Positions 19,282-29,651 of a stretch of 64,000 nucleotides of DNA are shown piece after piece. Source of the DNA: a virus (Duplodnaviria; Caudoviricetes); IMG/VR virus record IMGVR_UViG_3300030012_002750, positions 516 through 64,515 of that record; one strand, written 5' to 3'. Under the pieces are notes generated by a model. That model saw only the letters and a program-made list of their open reading frames with translations, did not search any database and was not told where the DNA came from. Both the position numbers and the translations under genes were made by a program. Numbering within the stretch: position 1 is the stretch's first letter; the number at the start of each line of letters is the position of its first letter.

Positions 19282-21122
19282 TGGTAGAAGAGAAAGGCTT
19301 AGTTGGTCGTTTTTTGTCAAGATTGACTAAACCGTTCAGTCGGCGAACAACACCCGAACCACAAATGCCTCTTTGGAAAACTGGTATCCAAGAACCCGTC
19401 TTGGTTCAAGGTGTATCAATCCCTGCTCTTTACGCAACAGTTCAAGAGTCAATAATTTTGAGAACAACAATCAATACTTTATGTCAAGAAATATTCCGTC
19501 GCGGTTATTATTGGGAGAAAAAATTCCATAAGAAATGCACTAATTGTCAAGAAGAATATCAACACGATACAGTCAATGAATGTCGTATTTGTGGTAATGA
19601 AGAATTCGATAGCCCCGATGCTGACCAAATACTATACCCGCGCTGGTTGTTGAAGCAACGCAACAGTATGGACCAATCATTTATTGAAGTGATGAAAGAG
19701 ATTGAATGGGATTTAGATATTGTCGATGATGCATTTTTACTGCTCATCAAAGAATACTTCATTGACCCAAAAAGTGGTGAGATTGAGTTTTTCCGAGTCA
19801 AAGAATTAGTGCGTGGCGACCCAACATTCATGCGAATTGTAGCAGATAAAGCGGGTAAGCGCGGAGGTAGATATTTGCTATGCCCTGTTCATCGCGACAA
19901 AACATACCCGCATAACGGCAACCATAGCAAGTGTGATGTGTGTTCTCTTCCTCTTCAAGATGTTCATTATATCAATACAGCAGGTAGTGGTAAAACGCAA
20001 TATTATCTTGACGGTGAAGTATTACACTTGTCCAAATTTAATCCTACCAAACTATACGGTCGTTCACCCGTCGCGAGTATGTGGAGGCAAGCGCAATCAC
20101 TTACTGCTATGGATAATTATATTTATCTCGCATACCAAAAGCGAAGAATACCGCGTGGTGTTCTTGCAATCACTACTGACAATATTCAATCAACTGCTTC
20201 ATTTTGGAAGGGAGCAGAAGAAAAAATGGAGCGCGACCCGCACTATATACCGAAAGTTGGTGTTGAATCTTCATCGGGTCGTGGTAAAGTTGAGTTTGTT
20301 CGCTTCATGGATAGTCTTGATGAGATGCAATACGCGCAAGTCCGTGATGAGATAAGAATGCGTATCGCGGCGTTTTATGGTGTATCTAATGTTTTTATGA
20401 TGGACGCTGGTAAGTCCGGTGGTTTGAACAATGAAGGTATGCAAATCCTTGTGACAAATCGGGCAGTCGAGTCCGGTCAAAAATTATATTCACGCGAATT
20501 ATTCCCAAGAATGTTAGACCAAATGGGAGTTGAAGATTGGTGTTTAACATTATATCCGAATGAAGAAGAAGATGAAATTACACGACTTCGCCGCGATGAA
20601 CAGGAAGTTAACATCGCACAGCGTATGCAAGCACTTGGATTCCAACCGGAATTGACAGAAGATGCAGGTCGCGATATACGCTTTGTCTATAAGAAACCCG
20701 ACCCACAAGAAGCCATGATGCAACAACAAGGTGGCGCGATGGGCGGTGCAATGCCACCGGGAGGCGGTATGCCGCCGGGTGGCGGTATGGCTCCACCAAT
20801 GCCGCCGGGGGGCGGTGGCATACCTCCACAGGGTGGGGGCGCGATGATGCCGCCGGGGGTAGGGGCTTCTCCACCGGCAGGGGGAGCGTCCCCACCCGGA
20901 GGTGGTCAAATAATGATGATGGAGAAAGCAATCGGGTTAGGTGAAGGAACAGGTCAACGCGACCGTGGCCCTGCACCTATTAGTTCCGAAACTCATCAAT
21001 CCGGCGCACCTTCCACTAAGAAAAATCAGCGCGGTGCTAAGAAGACACCGTTAGAGCAAGCACTTGATAGTGTTCAAGCCGCGAAAGACCCAACTAATAA
21101 AGAAAAAGAAAGTGGTTTTTAG
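19281..21122 (+). CDS. Portal protein with zinc-ribbon insertions and Gly/Pro/Met-rich tail
   Basis: DLDIVDDAFLLL, YGRSP, EMQY..RIAAFYGVS..GGLNNEG portal-like motifs; CTNC..CRIC and CPVH..CDVC inserts; sits after TerL. Confidence 0.88.
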   Translation: MVEEKGLVGRFLSRLTKPFSRRTTPEPQMPLWKTGIQEPVLVQGVSIPALYATVQESIILRTTINTLCQEIFRRGYYWEKKFHKKCTNCQEEYQHDTVNECRICGNEEFDSPDADQILYPRWLLKQRNSMDQSFIEVMKEIEWDLDIVDDAFLLLIKEYFIDPKSGEIEFFRVKELVRGDPTFMRIVADKAGKRGGRYLLCPVHRDKTYPHNGNHSKCDVCSLPLQDVHYINTAGSGKTQYYLDGEVLHLSKFNPTKLYGRSPVASMWRQAQSLTAMDNYIYLAYQKRRIPRGVLAITTDNIQSTASFWKGAEEKMERDPHYIPKVGVESSSGRGKVEFVRFMDSLDEMQYAQVRDEIRMRIAAFYGVSNVFMMDAGKSGGLNNEGMQILVTNRAVESGQKLYSRELFPRMLDQMGVEDWCLTLYPNEEEDEITRLRRDEQEVNIAQRMQALGFQPELTEDAGRDIRFVYKKPDPQEAMMQQQGGAMGGAMPPGGGMPPGGGMAPPMPPGGGGIPPQGGGAMMPPGVGASPPAGGASPPGGGQIMMMEKAIGLGEGTGQRDRGPAPISSETHQSGAPSTKKNQRGAKKTPLEQALDSVQAAKDPTNKEKESGF

Positions 21123-21124
21123 GG

Positions 21125-21160
21125 ATAAGTTAAAGACTTAGCCGCGCCTCGTCCACCGCA
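21125..21160 (+). promoter_or_regulatory. Putative archaeal TATA-type promoter for a leaderless transcript
   Basis: AAGTTAAAGA lies about 25-30 nt before ATG 21160, which has no SD; a T-run ends the portal gene just upstream. Confidence 0.4.
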
Positions 21161-21501
21161 TGAGCCTATTAGCAAAGATGGACCCAATAGTTCGCAAATT
21201 AGAAACTGCGGTAGCAGAATTCAAGGTTGCGCTCGCAAATAATGACTTAGTATCAGCCGAACAATTTTTGAGAAGCATACAATCAACAAGTGATTATCTT
21301 GCTGATGATGTAACAGAAATCTACAAGTCACAAAATGGCGGAGATAAAACTCTTGGTGTAAATGATAGATTTGCTGGTGGCTTCCCCGTCGCACAATTTA
21401 ACAGCACACAAGGTGTTATCGCGAAATCCGAGGATAGACCGTTGGGATACATAGGGCCGGACAGAATTGGTGGATATTTTAAGAAGCAAGGACAGGTGTA
21501 A
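21160..21501 (+). CDS. Hypothetical head-module protein
   Basis: 113-aa ORF with an N-terminal helical hairpin. Confidence 0.75.
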   Translation: MSLLAKMDPIVRKLETAVAEFKVALANNDLVSAEQFLRSIQSTSDYLADDVTEIYKSQNGGDKTLGVNDRFAGGFPVAQFNSTQGVIAKSEDRPLGYIGPDRIGGYFKKQGQV

Positions 21502-21503
21502 GC

Positions 21504-21848
21504 GTGGCAGAAGACACCGACGCAATGGTGCTGATGAAGGCTCTTATCACTAAAATGGAGTCCATGGACGCTGAAATTAACGCTATGCGAAAAAGTATAG
21601 ACACACCGGAGATGTTACTAAAGCGTGCTGGTTTTGTAAAAGCCAACACCCCTGCTAATGAAGATGTGTGGGGCGACCCTCTCCGCGGCGACCGCGATTC
21701 TGTTATTAGCAAAGCCGCCGCCGCCATTGATGATGCAGGTATGAGTATGCCGGAGTCAAATGAAGCATGGCATGATATGTCTTGGGAAGAAATTCACGCG
21801 ATGGCTGACACCGCCGCGCAAGCAGAAGGAAGGAGGATTGACCAATGA
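21504..21848 (+). CDS. Small scaffold-like protein
   Basis: N-terminal coiled coil; C-terminal MSWEEIHAMA matches the protease/scaffold C-terminal MSWDDVHRLA. Confidence 0.65.
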   Translation: MAEDTDAMVLMKALITKMESMDAEINAMRKSIDTPEMLLKRAGFVKANTPANEDVWGDPLRGDRDSVISKAAAAIDDAGMSMPESNEAWHDMSWEEIHAMADTAAQAEGRRIDQ

Positions 21849-22201
21849 AACCAATAAAAGTTGAAGCAGGGCAACTTGCCCCCGATGTTGACCAGTTACT
21901 TGAGAAAGCCAACAAATTGATGGAAAAGGCAGAACAAAAAGAAACTGATAAGTTTGGTTCGGAACATGCTGATTTGTTTGTGAATGTCACAGGTAAAGAC
22001 AAACCCGTTAAGACTGGTTATTATGATACTAACCAGCGACGCATAGAAGTCAAAGATGTTGCCAAAACAAAACCGAAGATGGAGAATGTCAATTTAACTC
22101 CTATTGGTTATCCATATCCACTTGAGGCGCGTGAAAACAAGAAGGGCGACCCATCGGACAAAAACCCTCCATCAGCATACAACCTCACAGATTATCTATG
22201 A
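21845..22201 (+). CDS. Hypothetical head-module protein
   Basis: 118-aa ORF with SD GGAGG, overlapping the upstream stop. Confidence 0.75.
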   Translation: MKPIKVEAGQLAPDVDQLLEKANKLMEKAEQKETDKFGSEHADLFVNVTGKDKPVKTGYYDTNQRRIEVKDVAKTKPKMENVNLTPIGYPYPLEARENKKGDPSDKNPPSAYNLTDYL

Positions 22202-22212
22202 GGTGATGAAGT

Positions 22213-25200
22213 GTGCGCGAAGATGCTTTTCAATATCATCAACGCGTGGTAAATGATTTTGCGCAAGCGATTATCAACAAACAAGATGCTCGCGACGAAG
22301 CAGTTAATGTTTTACTAAGTGCGAATAACTTAGAGAATCATGGGTATTTACATATACCGTTTAGAGAAGAAGCAGAAAACTTCCTCAAAGGACCACAATT
22401 ACAAATAAAAACTCCAACTGAAAAAGGCATGGAGAGAATTTTCTCCGGTGGTGAAACAAGGGCTGAACCTGCACCCCAGCGACACCACAAGCCACGACAG
22501 TTGTTCAATAGCGATAAATGGAGCGAGGCTAATGAGAATCTAAACGAAGATGAAATTGACAAGATGGTTAGAAAATTAGTAGGCTTCCGTTTTGAAGATA
22601 GTATCCCAAACCTAAGAGATTTTAGTTCCGATGAAATTATTGGCAACCATTCCAAATTCAAAACATTAGGTCTTCACCCTCCACGCGCAGGTGAAATTTC
22701 TTACAACGAGAAACCGTTATGGCAACAATTAGCGAGATTTCTTTTCAGTAATAACGGAGCAAACGCTGAAAGACTACACGATGCGATGGTGAAGACAGCA
22801 AAGGGTTTGCACCCTGTCTTGAAACAAATACATCATTTTGGTGATTGGAGAGGTAATAATGCTTCTATTCTAAAAATATTCAACCGTGGGTTAGAAGATT
22901 TCAAAGAATCGTTTGCTAAAAAGTTTGGACACGCGCACCCTGTATTATCACATGAGCAATTAAATGAGTTGTTTTTAAGACAAAAGTTTTGGGAGAATGA
23001 AGGTGTATCGCGCCAACAAGCGTTTGACATATTATACAATGACGGAGGATTCCCTCGTAGGTTTTCGGACGAAGGTGATACAACGCCTGTTGAACAGTTA
23101 CGCGCTATCGCTGACGCTAAAAGAAAAAGGCGGTCAAGACCAATGGAAGGTGAAGAAAATCATGGTATAGTTGGCGATGATGCTTGGCGATATGGTATTG
23201 CTTTACTTCCCTACGATGATATTTACAGAATTAAAAAGTGGCTTTTAACAACCAACGGTGGTATGAAAGATGATGGGACAGTTGGTAATGATGATGTGAT
23301 TAAAGATATTCTTGGACCCGACGCGAGAGGATACATGGCTAACCACGCGTTCATGATAGATAATATGCTTAACGAGTTATACGCTGGTAATCCTTTGAAA
23401 AACGGTATGAGTCATGTATTACCTAATCGCTTTACTGCTAAAGGAAGAGCAGAAATGAAGAAGCAAATGGCTCAAAGAGAACAAGATTTGACAAAGAAGT
23501 TTGAAAGAAACAATTGGTCTAATATTGATGCTGATACTCTTCAATCAGCGTTGGCGGGTTTTGACATAAAAACCATGGTGAAGAAATATGCTGATAAAGC
23601 CAATGCTGAAATAATAGATGATGGTGGTTTATATCCACATATTGACCATAGTGAATATGGCTCTTTCATTTACATGTCGCCCGACTTTGAACCTCGCGAC
23701 ATGAAAAGTTTGGTTAATCATAATTTCTTTGAAAAAGAAGAATTGAAAGACATAATAAAAGTAAGCGCGAATCTTGTTGGACAAAGTGAATACGCAGATA
23801 GTATTCGCGAAACTGTTGCTGGATATACTCATAGTCATAATGTTGATGGGGAGTTTAGTATGCTTGACAAACCCGAAGTAAATTTAACTCCGTTGGGTAT
23901 TTTGATGGAAGGTGTCGGCACCAAAAGAGGTAGTGCTGGTGGTGAATCCGGTGACTTTGGTGTTGCTTACGATAATGCTTTTCCTAATATCTTCCGCGTT
24001 GAGTTGCCCGAAACAGCGTTTATGATACCGAGTAGGGGCTTGAAAGAAGGTGGTGGTAAAGCAAAGTCGGTTGAACAACAAGATGTTTTTGACCCTCAAA
24101 AAGAAAATGATGAGGGGCAGGTTGAACAAGATTTGTTGAGAGCGATGGACAAATATAATGTTGATAATAAAGATGAGATACTTGCGCGTTTTAGAAATGG
24201 TGAAGTGGTTAGTCTTGATGTTCCGCGAAAAGTAAAGACCACAGATGACATCGTTAATGAAATCATCAATCCTTACTCAAATGAACTAAGAGAAGAAGAA
24301 GGAGTTGACCCGATAAGAGGTTTTGAAGGTATAGAGGCATACACCGAAGGTATGCCACAACTTAGAAGTCCATCATCATTAGGTATGAATTCTTTTATGA
24401 TGGCTCACAGCGATGCTTTGAATTTACTTCTAAGAAGCCATGTTGGGTTTTTGAGTAATGATAACAAATCCGTTCATAGCACAGAAGCCTCGTTAAAAAC
24501 ACCAAGATTCACCGCGCAGAAAGAAAGGATAAATAGTGAAAAAAGAGGCCGCAGAAGAATGCTTGACAGAAATCAAATGTCCGGTGGTAAAGGTTCGGGT
24601 CAAGCCGATACAGCAAGAGAATTTGGAACTAAGAAAGGTAATATTACCAATGAACTTAGAATGGCGATAGACGCGCTTTTACTTGGTTCGCACCATGCGC
24701 AACACATTCATGATGATGAATCGCTTGATTTGCTTACAGCGATTCTCAACGCGAAAAAAGGAGAAAGACTAAACATACTCAAGAATGGTTCACACAAAGA
24801 TATAATCGGTTATGGTGGAAGAACAGGCGAAGATATGGTTAAAGAAATACTGGAAGGTGTTGAAGAACCATCAAGGCTTGCGCTATACAAAAAAGAAGAT
24901 TTTGATAACCACCTCAACCATTTAATGAGTTTTGACAAACCCTATGAACTACCCGACCATCAAGTAAAAGGAATTAAATCAAGAAATAGATTGATTCAAG
25001 AGATTAAAAATCTCGACCACGAATATCAACAAGCGCGCGAAAATGATGATGTTGACAAGATGGCTACTATCCAACAACGGATAGAAGGTATGTTGAACTC
25101 CGAAGATGATGTTGTTGGATATATGCACGACGAAGATGAAAATAAATTATCCGCGATTGTTGTCGGACCAAGCCCTGCTTCGCTTATATCTCAACATGAA

Positions 25201-28182
25201 GCAATGTTAGGTAATGCTTTACAGATTGCTCGCAATGAAGGTGATGAGATTTCTCAAGAAGTCATTGAGAAAAGAATGCAACAACTCCGTCAAATTGCTC
25301 AACGCGAACCTTCTTACGAATCTTCAATAAAGAATGATGAAGACCATATACAGAATCACATTGACACTATCTTAGGTGTTGGAAAAATATTCAAAGCATT
25401 ACGCCCAGCGATTGAAAAAATATATCCTAATATATTTGCTAAAGACAATCGCGAAGCGCACGCGGCTACTGCATATACATTGAAACTCGCAGAACAAATA
25501 CTTACAATGTCGCCCGATGCGAGAAGAAAACTATTCACAGGAAAAGACAATATCCGTTTAGGTGGTAAAAAAGCATCATTTGATTTATCCCCACAAGAAG
25601 TTGATGAGTTAGAGGGAATAACAGCAATGCGCGCTACACACGAAGGCTCCGACTATGAAGATGCAGAAAAAATACTTGATAGCAAATTCGGCGGTGTTCA
25701 ACCAAAAGGATACAATGTGTTAACACATCTTGCTCAAAATGCTAATAACATCAATGAAGATGAAATAAGAATTTTTGATGAACTAATAAAGAATGTCAAA
25801 GAGTCAGCGAAAGAGCAAGGTATAACTTTCAACCAAGCATTTACCGCGAGATATTATCCTATCAATGAGGCTGGTAATCCTATTAGCGGCATAGAAAGAA
25901 AAAGATTGTTTGACATACTCAACATACCTAAGAGGGGTGGTAATAATTTTATCTATAACGAAGGTGGTATTTTTCACGGTCGCGAACAGTTAAGAAGTGG
26001 TGGTCAAAGTATTCTTGATAAAGACGGTAAAACAATCAGTCTTGACAAAGAGCGCGATTTAATTTTTAGACTATTACACAATACTCATCAACAAACAAGA
26101 AAGGGTAGTGATGTCGCTTTGGATTTCAAAAACATGAAGTTCTTTAAAAATAACAGACCCAACACTAAGAGCGTTATGAATTTTAATAAGTTAAAATCAA
26201 TTCAAAATATAGCAAGTTTGCTTAGTAGCGACACTAAAACTGATATGCTTGACAAATCAACAGCGGGTGAACAAGCAACCCCTATGGGTGGTCACAACTT
26301 TGACCACGCGCCTGTTGTTCCTATATTTACCAGCACACACAAAAAATTCCACTACGGTGAAGATACGAATGTGCCGTTTATTGTAAGACCGGACGCGTTG
26401 AATGATGGTATGTTGCTTCTTGAAGACGAAGGTAATCACGCCTATAACACACTACCTAAGCAAAGATTGTTTGCTCCGCGAAATTTGAGAAGATATGTCA
26501 ACCCTTCCCTCAAGCCGTTGACTACGGCTCAACAAGGAGATAGATATTATGGTGATTATGCGGAGTTTAGCGAAGGCCAAGAACCGAACCCGAACACCCG
26601 TATGGGGCAAGTGGTGAATCAAGCAATGGCTACTTCACCCGAACCATTACAGTCAACTGATGATAATATGAGATACTCGTCGCATGTTCTTGATGTCGCG
26701 CTTGATGACACCCTCATTATCAAAGACGATGGCAAACCACAACCTATCAAATTCATGCATCGCATTTTTGATTTAGAAGACATGACTCATCTGCGCGGTT
26801 TTACTGGTGATTGGGTCATAAGTCTATATCCGCATGGTGAACACATCATCGCTACTAAGAAAGATAACAAGATAAGCGCGTATAGCGTTGATGGTGAAGT
26901 TAAGTTAGATGATGTGTTTAATGAAGAGGTTAGCAAAGTGTATGAAAAAGATTTCATAGTTCACGCGATATTACATGATGGTATCATGACAGTAATTGAT
27001 TTACTTAAGACGGCTGATGAAGATACACATAACATGCCGACTAAAGACCGTATCCGCCACCTTCGCGCTCAATACGAATCCAGCGAACACATCAAGATGC
27101 CCGAACCTATCAACACAAAGCGTAGCGATGATGAAGGGTTGAAGACAGCAGTTGAAGGGTTGAGAAAAGAAAATGATATGGATATACTACTTAGAGATGC
27201 TAACGCTACATATATGAAAGGTGAACCTCGTCACCCTAAGTGGGTATTATTAACTCAAGAAAAAATGGTTGATGTTGTCATTTTATCCGCCAGCGGAAAA
27301 AATTACACGGTTGGTGTTGGTCCATTGATGCACCCCGAAAATTACGGTAAGCGCGCACAGCAAGTTGGTGATGAACATTACATGAATGTTGGAAGCGCGA
27401 AAGGACCACGCGGATTGAAGGTTGGAGATTTCGCTACTGTTAGTTGCACAGGTGTAAGCAGTTCTAAGAAAGATAATCCAGTCTATCGTATCCGGTCTGC
27501 TAAGATAACAGACAATGAACCACTTGCCGCTGACAGTGTTGAAACTCTCGCAATCATGTGCGGCGACCATCATATTCCTCAACAAGTCAATATGAAGAAA
27601 GGCAACATCACTATTCTATTCCCCGCATTTGATGATGAGGTTGTTTGTAAAACACGAAAAGAAGATGGACATTGGTTTGTTGAGCCTCAATCTTCAATTT
27701 GGGGCAACGATTACCTTGTCAAATTAGCACGCGACCAAGAAGTGTATTGGGGTGCAAAGGCCGCTTGGTTGTTGAAAAGAGATGAAGAAGAACCCGAATA
27801 CGACGAGGTTGACCCCGAACCACCAGCGGGTCATAGCAAGAAACCGAAGAAGGTGCTTGAAGAAGAAGAAGAAGTTATCAAGCGTGGGTTGGAATTGATT
27901 GAGCGCGGTCTTGAACATATTAGTAAAGAGAAGATTACAAGCACAGGAGTTCAAGGGTTGGGAATGGATTATGCAACACCCGATGAATCACCGCGAGGAC
28001 CAACACAAAATATACGCGACAATACTATGCCCGACTTTGACCCCCAATCGCGAACAGATGATGAATTAAAACCTGCTACTAAGAAAAAAACCAAGCGACT
28101 GCGAACAAGTCAAGGCGAAACTGCGCGTCTTGAAGACGATGGAGTTGTCGCGATTGAGAACAGTTCCATTGATATACAATGA
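22213..28182 (+). CDS. 1989-aa protein with a C-terminal degenerate ATP-dependent DNA ligase-like (NTase plus OB) region
   Basis: About 26750-27570 follows ligase motif spacing: WVISLYPHGEH (I), FIVHAIL (III), TVIDLL (IIIa), DILLRDANATYMKG..HPKWVLL (IV/V), VDVVIL..YTVGVG (OB). Confidence 0.75.
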   Translation: MREDAFQYHQRVVNDFAQAIINKQDARDEAVNVLLSANNLENHGYLHIPFREEAENFLKGPQLQIKTPTEKGMERIFSGGETRAEPAPQRHHKPRQLFNSDKWSEANENLNEDEIDKMVRKLVGFRFEDSIPNLRDFSSDEIIGNHSKFKTLGLHPPRAGEISYNEKPLWQQLARFLFSNNGANAERLHDAMVKTAKGLHPVLKQIHHFGDWRGNNASILKIFNRGLEDFKESFAKKFGHAHPVLSHEQLNELFLRQKFWENEGVSRQQAFDILYNDGGFPRRFSDEGDTTPVEQLRAIADAKRKRRSRPMEGEENHGIVGDDAWRYGIALLPYDDIYRIKKWLLTTNGGMKDDGTVGNDDVIKDILGPDARGYMANHAFMIDNMLNELYAGNPLKNGMSHVLPNRFTAKGRAEMKKQMAQREQDLTKKFERNNWSNIDADTLQSALAGFDIKTMVKKYADKANAEIIDDGGLYPHIDHSEYGSFIYMSPDFEPRDMKSLVNHNFFEKEELKDIIKVSANLVGQSEYADSIRETVAGYTHSHNVDGEFSMLDKPEVNLTPLGILMEGVGTKRGSAGGESGDFGVAYDNAFPNIFRVELPETAFMIPSRGLKEGGGKAKSVEQQDVFDPQKENDEGQVEQDLLRAMDKYNVDNKDEILARFRNGEVVSLDVPRKVKTTDDIVNEIINPYSNELREEEGVDPIRGFEGIEAYTEGMPQLRSPSSLGMNSFMMAHSDALNLLLRSHVGFLSNDNKSVHSTEASLKTPRFTAQKERINSEKRGRRRMLDRNQMSGGKGSGQADTAREFGTKKGNITNELRMAIDALLLGSHHAQHIHDDESLDLLTAILNAKKGERLNILKNGSHKDIIGYGGRTGEDMVKEILEGVEEPSRLALYKKEDFDNHLNHLMSFDKPYELPDHQVKGIKSRNRLIQEIKNLDHEYQQARENDDVDKMATIQQRIEGMLNSEDDVVGYMHDEDENKLSAIVVGPSPASLISQHEAMLGNALQIARNEGDEISQEVIEKRMQQLRQIAQREPSYESSIKNDEDHIQNHIDTILGVGKIFKALRPAIEKIYPNIFAKDNREAHAATAYTLKLAEQILTMSPDARRKLFTGKDNIRLGGKKASFDLSPQEVDELEGITAMRATHEGSDYEDAEKILDSKFGGVQPKGYNVLTHLAQNANNINEDEIRIFDELIKNVKESAKEQGITFNQAFTARYYPINEAGNPISGIERKRLFDILNIPKRGGNNFIYNEGGIFHGREQLRSGGQSILDKDGKTISLDKERDLIFRLLHNTHQQTRKGSDVALDFKNMKFFKNNRPNTKSVMNFNKLKSIQNIASLLSSDTKTDMLDKSTAGEQATPMGGHNFDHAPVVPIFTSTHKKFHYGEDTNVPFIVRPDALNDGMLLLEDEGNHAYNTLPKQRLFAPRNLRRYVNPSLKPLTTAQQGDRYYGDYAEFSEGQEPNPNTRMGQVVNQAMATSPEPLQSTDDNMRYSSHVLDVALDDTLIIKDDGKPQPIKFMHRIFDLEDMTHLRGFTGDWVISLYPHGEHIIATKKDNKISAYSVDGEVKLDDVFNEEVSKVYEKDFIVHAILHDGIMTVIDLLKTADEDTHNMPTKDRIRHLRAQYESSEHIKMPEPINTKRSDDEGLKTAVEGLRKENDMDILLRDANATYMKGEPRHPKWVLLTQEKMVDVVILSASGKNYTVGVGPLMHPENYGKRAQQVGDEHYMNVGSAKGPRGLKVGDFATVSCTGVSSSKKDNPVYRIRSAKITDNEPLAADSVETLAIMCGDHHIPQQVNMKKGNITILFPAFDDEVVCKTRKEDGHWFVEPQSSIWGNDYLVKLARDQEVYWGAKAAWLLKRDEEEPEYDEVDPEPPAGHSKKPKKVLEEEEEVIKRGLELIERGLEHISKEKITSTGVQGLGMDYATPDESPRGPTQNIRDNTMPDFDPQSRTDDELKPATKKKTKRLRTSQGETARLEDDGVVAIENSSIDIQ

Positions 28183-28199
28183 AATTATGTTCGTGAGCA

Positions 28200-29651
28200 A
28201 TGGCGATTCTCGCGGCACCGTCTGTATCCAGCAACCCTGTCATTTTGAAGGGTATTGGTGACGACCTTGTTGTTGCTGGATATGCGTCTGTTGAGATGGT
28301 TGACAAGCAAGGCGATTTAATTACTCGCGGTGCTTTGAAAGATGCTTTTGGTAAATTTATGAAAGCAGATGGATTCCGCAATGTTCAACTTGCTCATTCT
28401 AATATTCAAGTAGGAAGTGTCATTCCTTCCTACACAGATTCAAGTGGTCGTGTTTGGAAGTCCGAAGTGGACGACACAGGTATGTTTGTAGTTATCAAAC
28501 TACGCGGCGACATAGAGAAGGCACGCGAAGTGGCTTCCGAAATCCGCAAAGGGAACTTGCGCTCGTTCTCTATCGGCGGTCAAGCATTTGAGCGCGTTAA
28601 CAAGAGCGACCAAACTCGCGGTGATTACCGCGAAATCCGTCGTATGGAACTCCATGAGGTTACAATTTGTGAGAAGGGTATCAACCCCGAAGCGCAATTT
28701 AGGATTCTCAAGGAGGACAAAGGTGATAATATGACTAACACAATGAGCGAATTGCAAAGTGTCCTTGAACGCTTGTCAAAGAAACTTGACGACAAGGACA
28801 AAGACAAGGAAAACGATAATGACAAGGCTATGATGGCTGATGACAAAAAGAAAGATGATAAAGAGTCCAAAAACAAAGGCATTGAAGACCTTCTTGACGC
28901 GCCCGATAAAAAGGACGAGGACGATGACGGCAACATGACGGAAACTCTTCGTGAAGCGCGACAAGACAAGAAGAAAGATGACGATGACGAGGACATGGAA
29001 GACATGAACTATGGAGATGATGATATAACAAACAAAGCAGATGATATGATAACGAGCGATTATTTGACTTGGTTAGAGCAGACCGCAAAAGGCGCAGGTT
29101 TTGACCCGTCTGCGGCGCGCGACCATTTCAATAAAGGATACGGACCGGGCGAAAGTGCATTTGACATGCGTGGACAAGGTTCTCTTGAAGGAGCAGGTGA
29201 AGACGACTCCGGTAAGAGGCCACAACCAAACTTTGGTTCTGCTCCAACAGGAAATAAGAATGTAATTAAGGGCGACTACCTAAACGCACACAATGTTTCA
29301 CCAAGTGAAATAGAAGCGGCGTATGAAGTGTATAAAGCGGCGGCAATGGAACAACAATTCAAGGCTGACCTAAACAACAACTTCACAGACAGGTTCCTAA
29401 AAGAACAAAAGCAAGAAGCAGATGCGATAGCAAAGCAAGACTTTGACGCTCGCGCACCTCTTGTTGAACTACAAAAGGCTGTTCTTGCGCTAAACGACAG
29501 AATTGACAATGTTTCCTCAACAGCAACAACAATAGCAAAGTCCGCTAACAGCGCGACTGTTACAATTCCCGAAACTACTGAATTAGCATCAATGTCGTGG
29601 GACGATGTCCACCGACTTGCTAACAAGGCGTTGAAGGGAGGTGAATACTGA
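28200..29651 (+). CDS. HK97-type prohead protease fused to scaffolding domain
   Basis: VAGYASVEMVDKQGD, LAHSN, LRSFSIGG, LHEVTICEKGINPEA; acidic coiled-coil C-terminal region; directly precedes the MCP. Confidence 0.92.
   Translation: MAILAAPSVSSNPVILKGIGDDLVVAGYASVEMVDKQGDLITRGALKDAFGKFMKADGFRNVQLAHSNIQVGSVIPSYTDSSGRVWKSEVDDTGMFVVIKLRGDIEKAREVASEIRKGNLRSFSIGGQAFERVNKSDQTRGDYREIRRMELHEVTICEKGINPEAQFRILKEDKGDNMTNTMSELQSVLERLSKKLDDKDKDKENDNDKAMMADDKKKDDKESKNKGIEDLLDAPDKKDEDDDGNMTETLREARQDKKKDDDDEDMEDMNYGDDDITNKADDMITSDYLTWLEQTAKGAGFDPSAARDHFNKGYGPGESAFDMRGQGSLEGAGEDDSGKRPQPNFGSAPTGNKNVIKGDYLNAHNVSPSEIEAAYEVYKAAAMEQQFKADLNNNFTDRFLKEQKQEADAIAKQDFDARAPLVELQKAVLALNDRIDNVSSTATTIAKSANSATVTIPETTELASMSWDDVHRLANKALKGGEY

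Noticed and set aside
22213-28182. Calling this gene a functional DNA ligase
   Set aside because: The catalytic Lys and acidic metal-binding residues are substituted; reported as a degenerate ligase-like domain instead.
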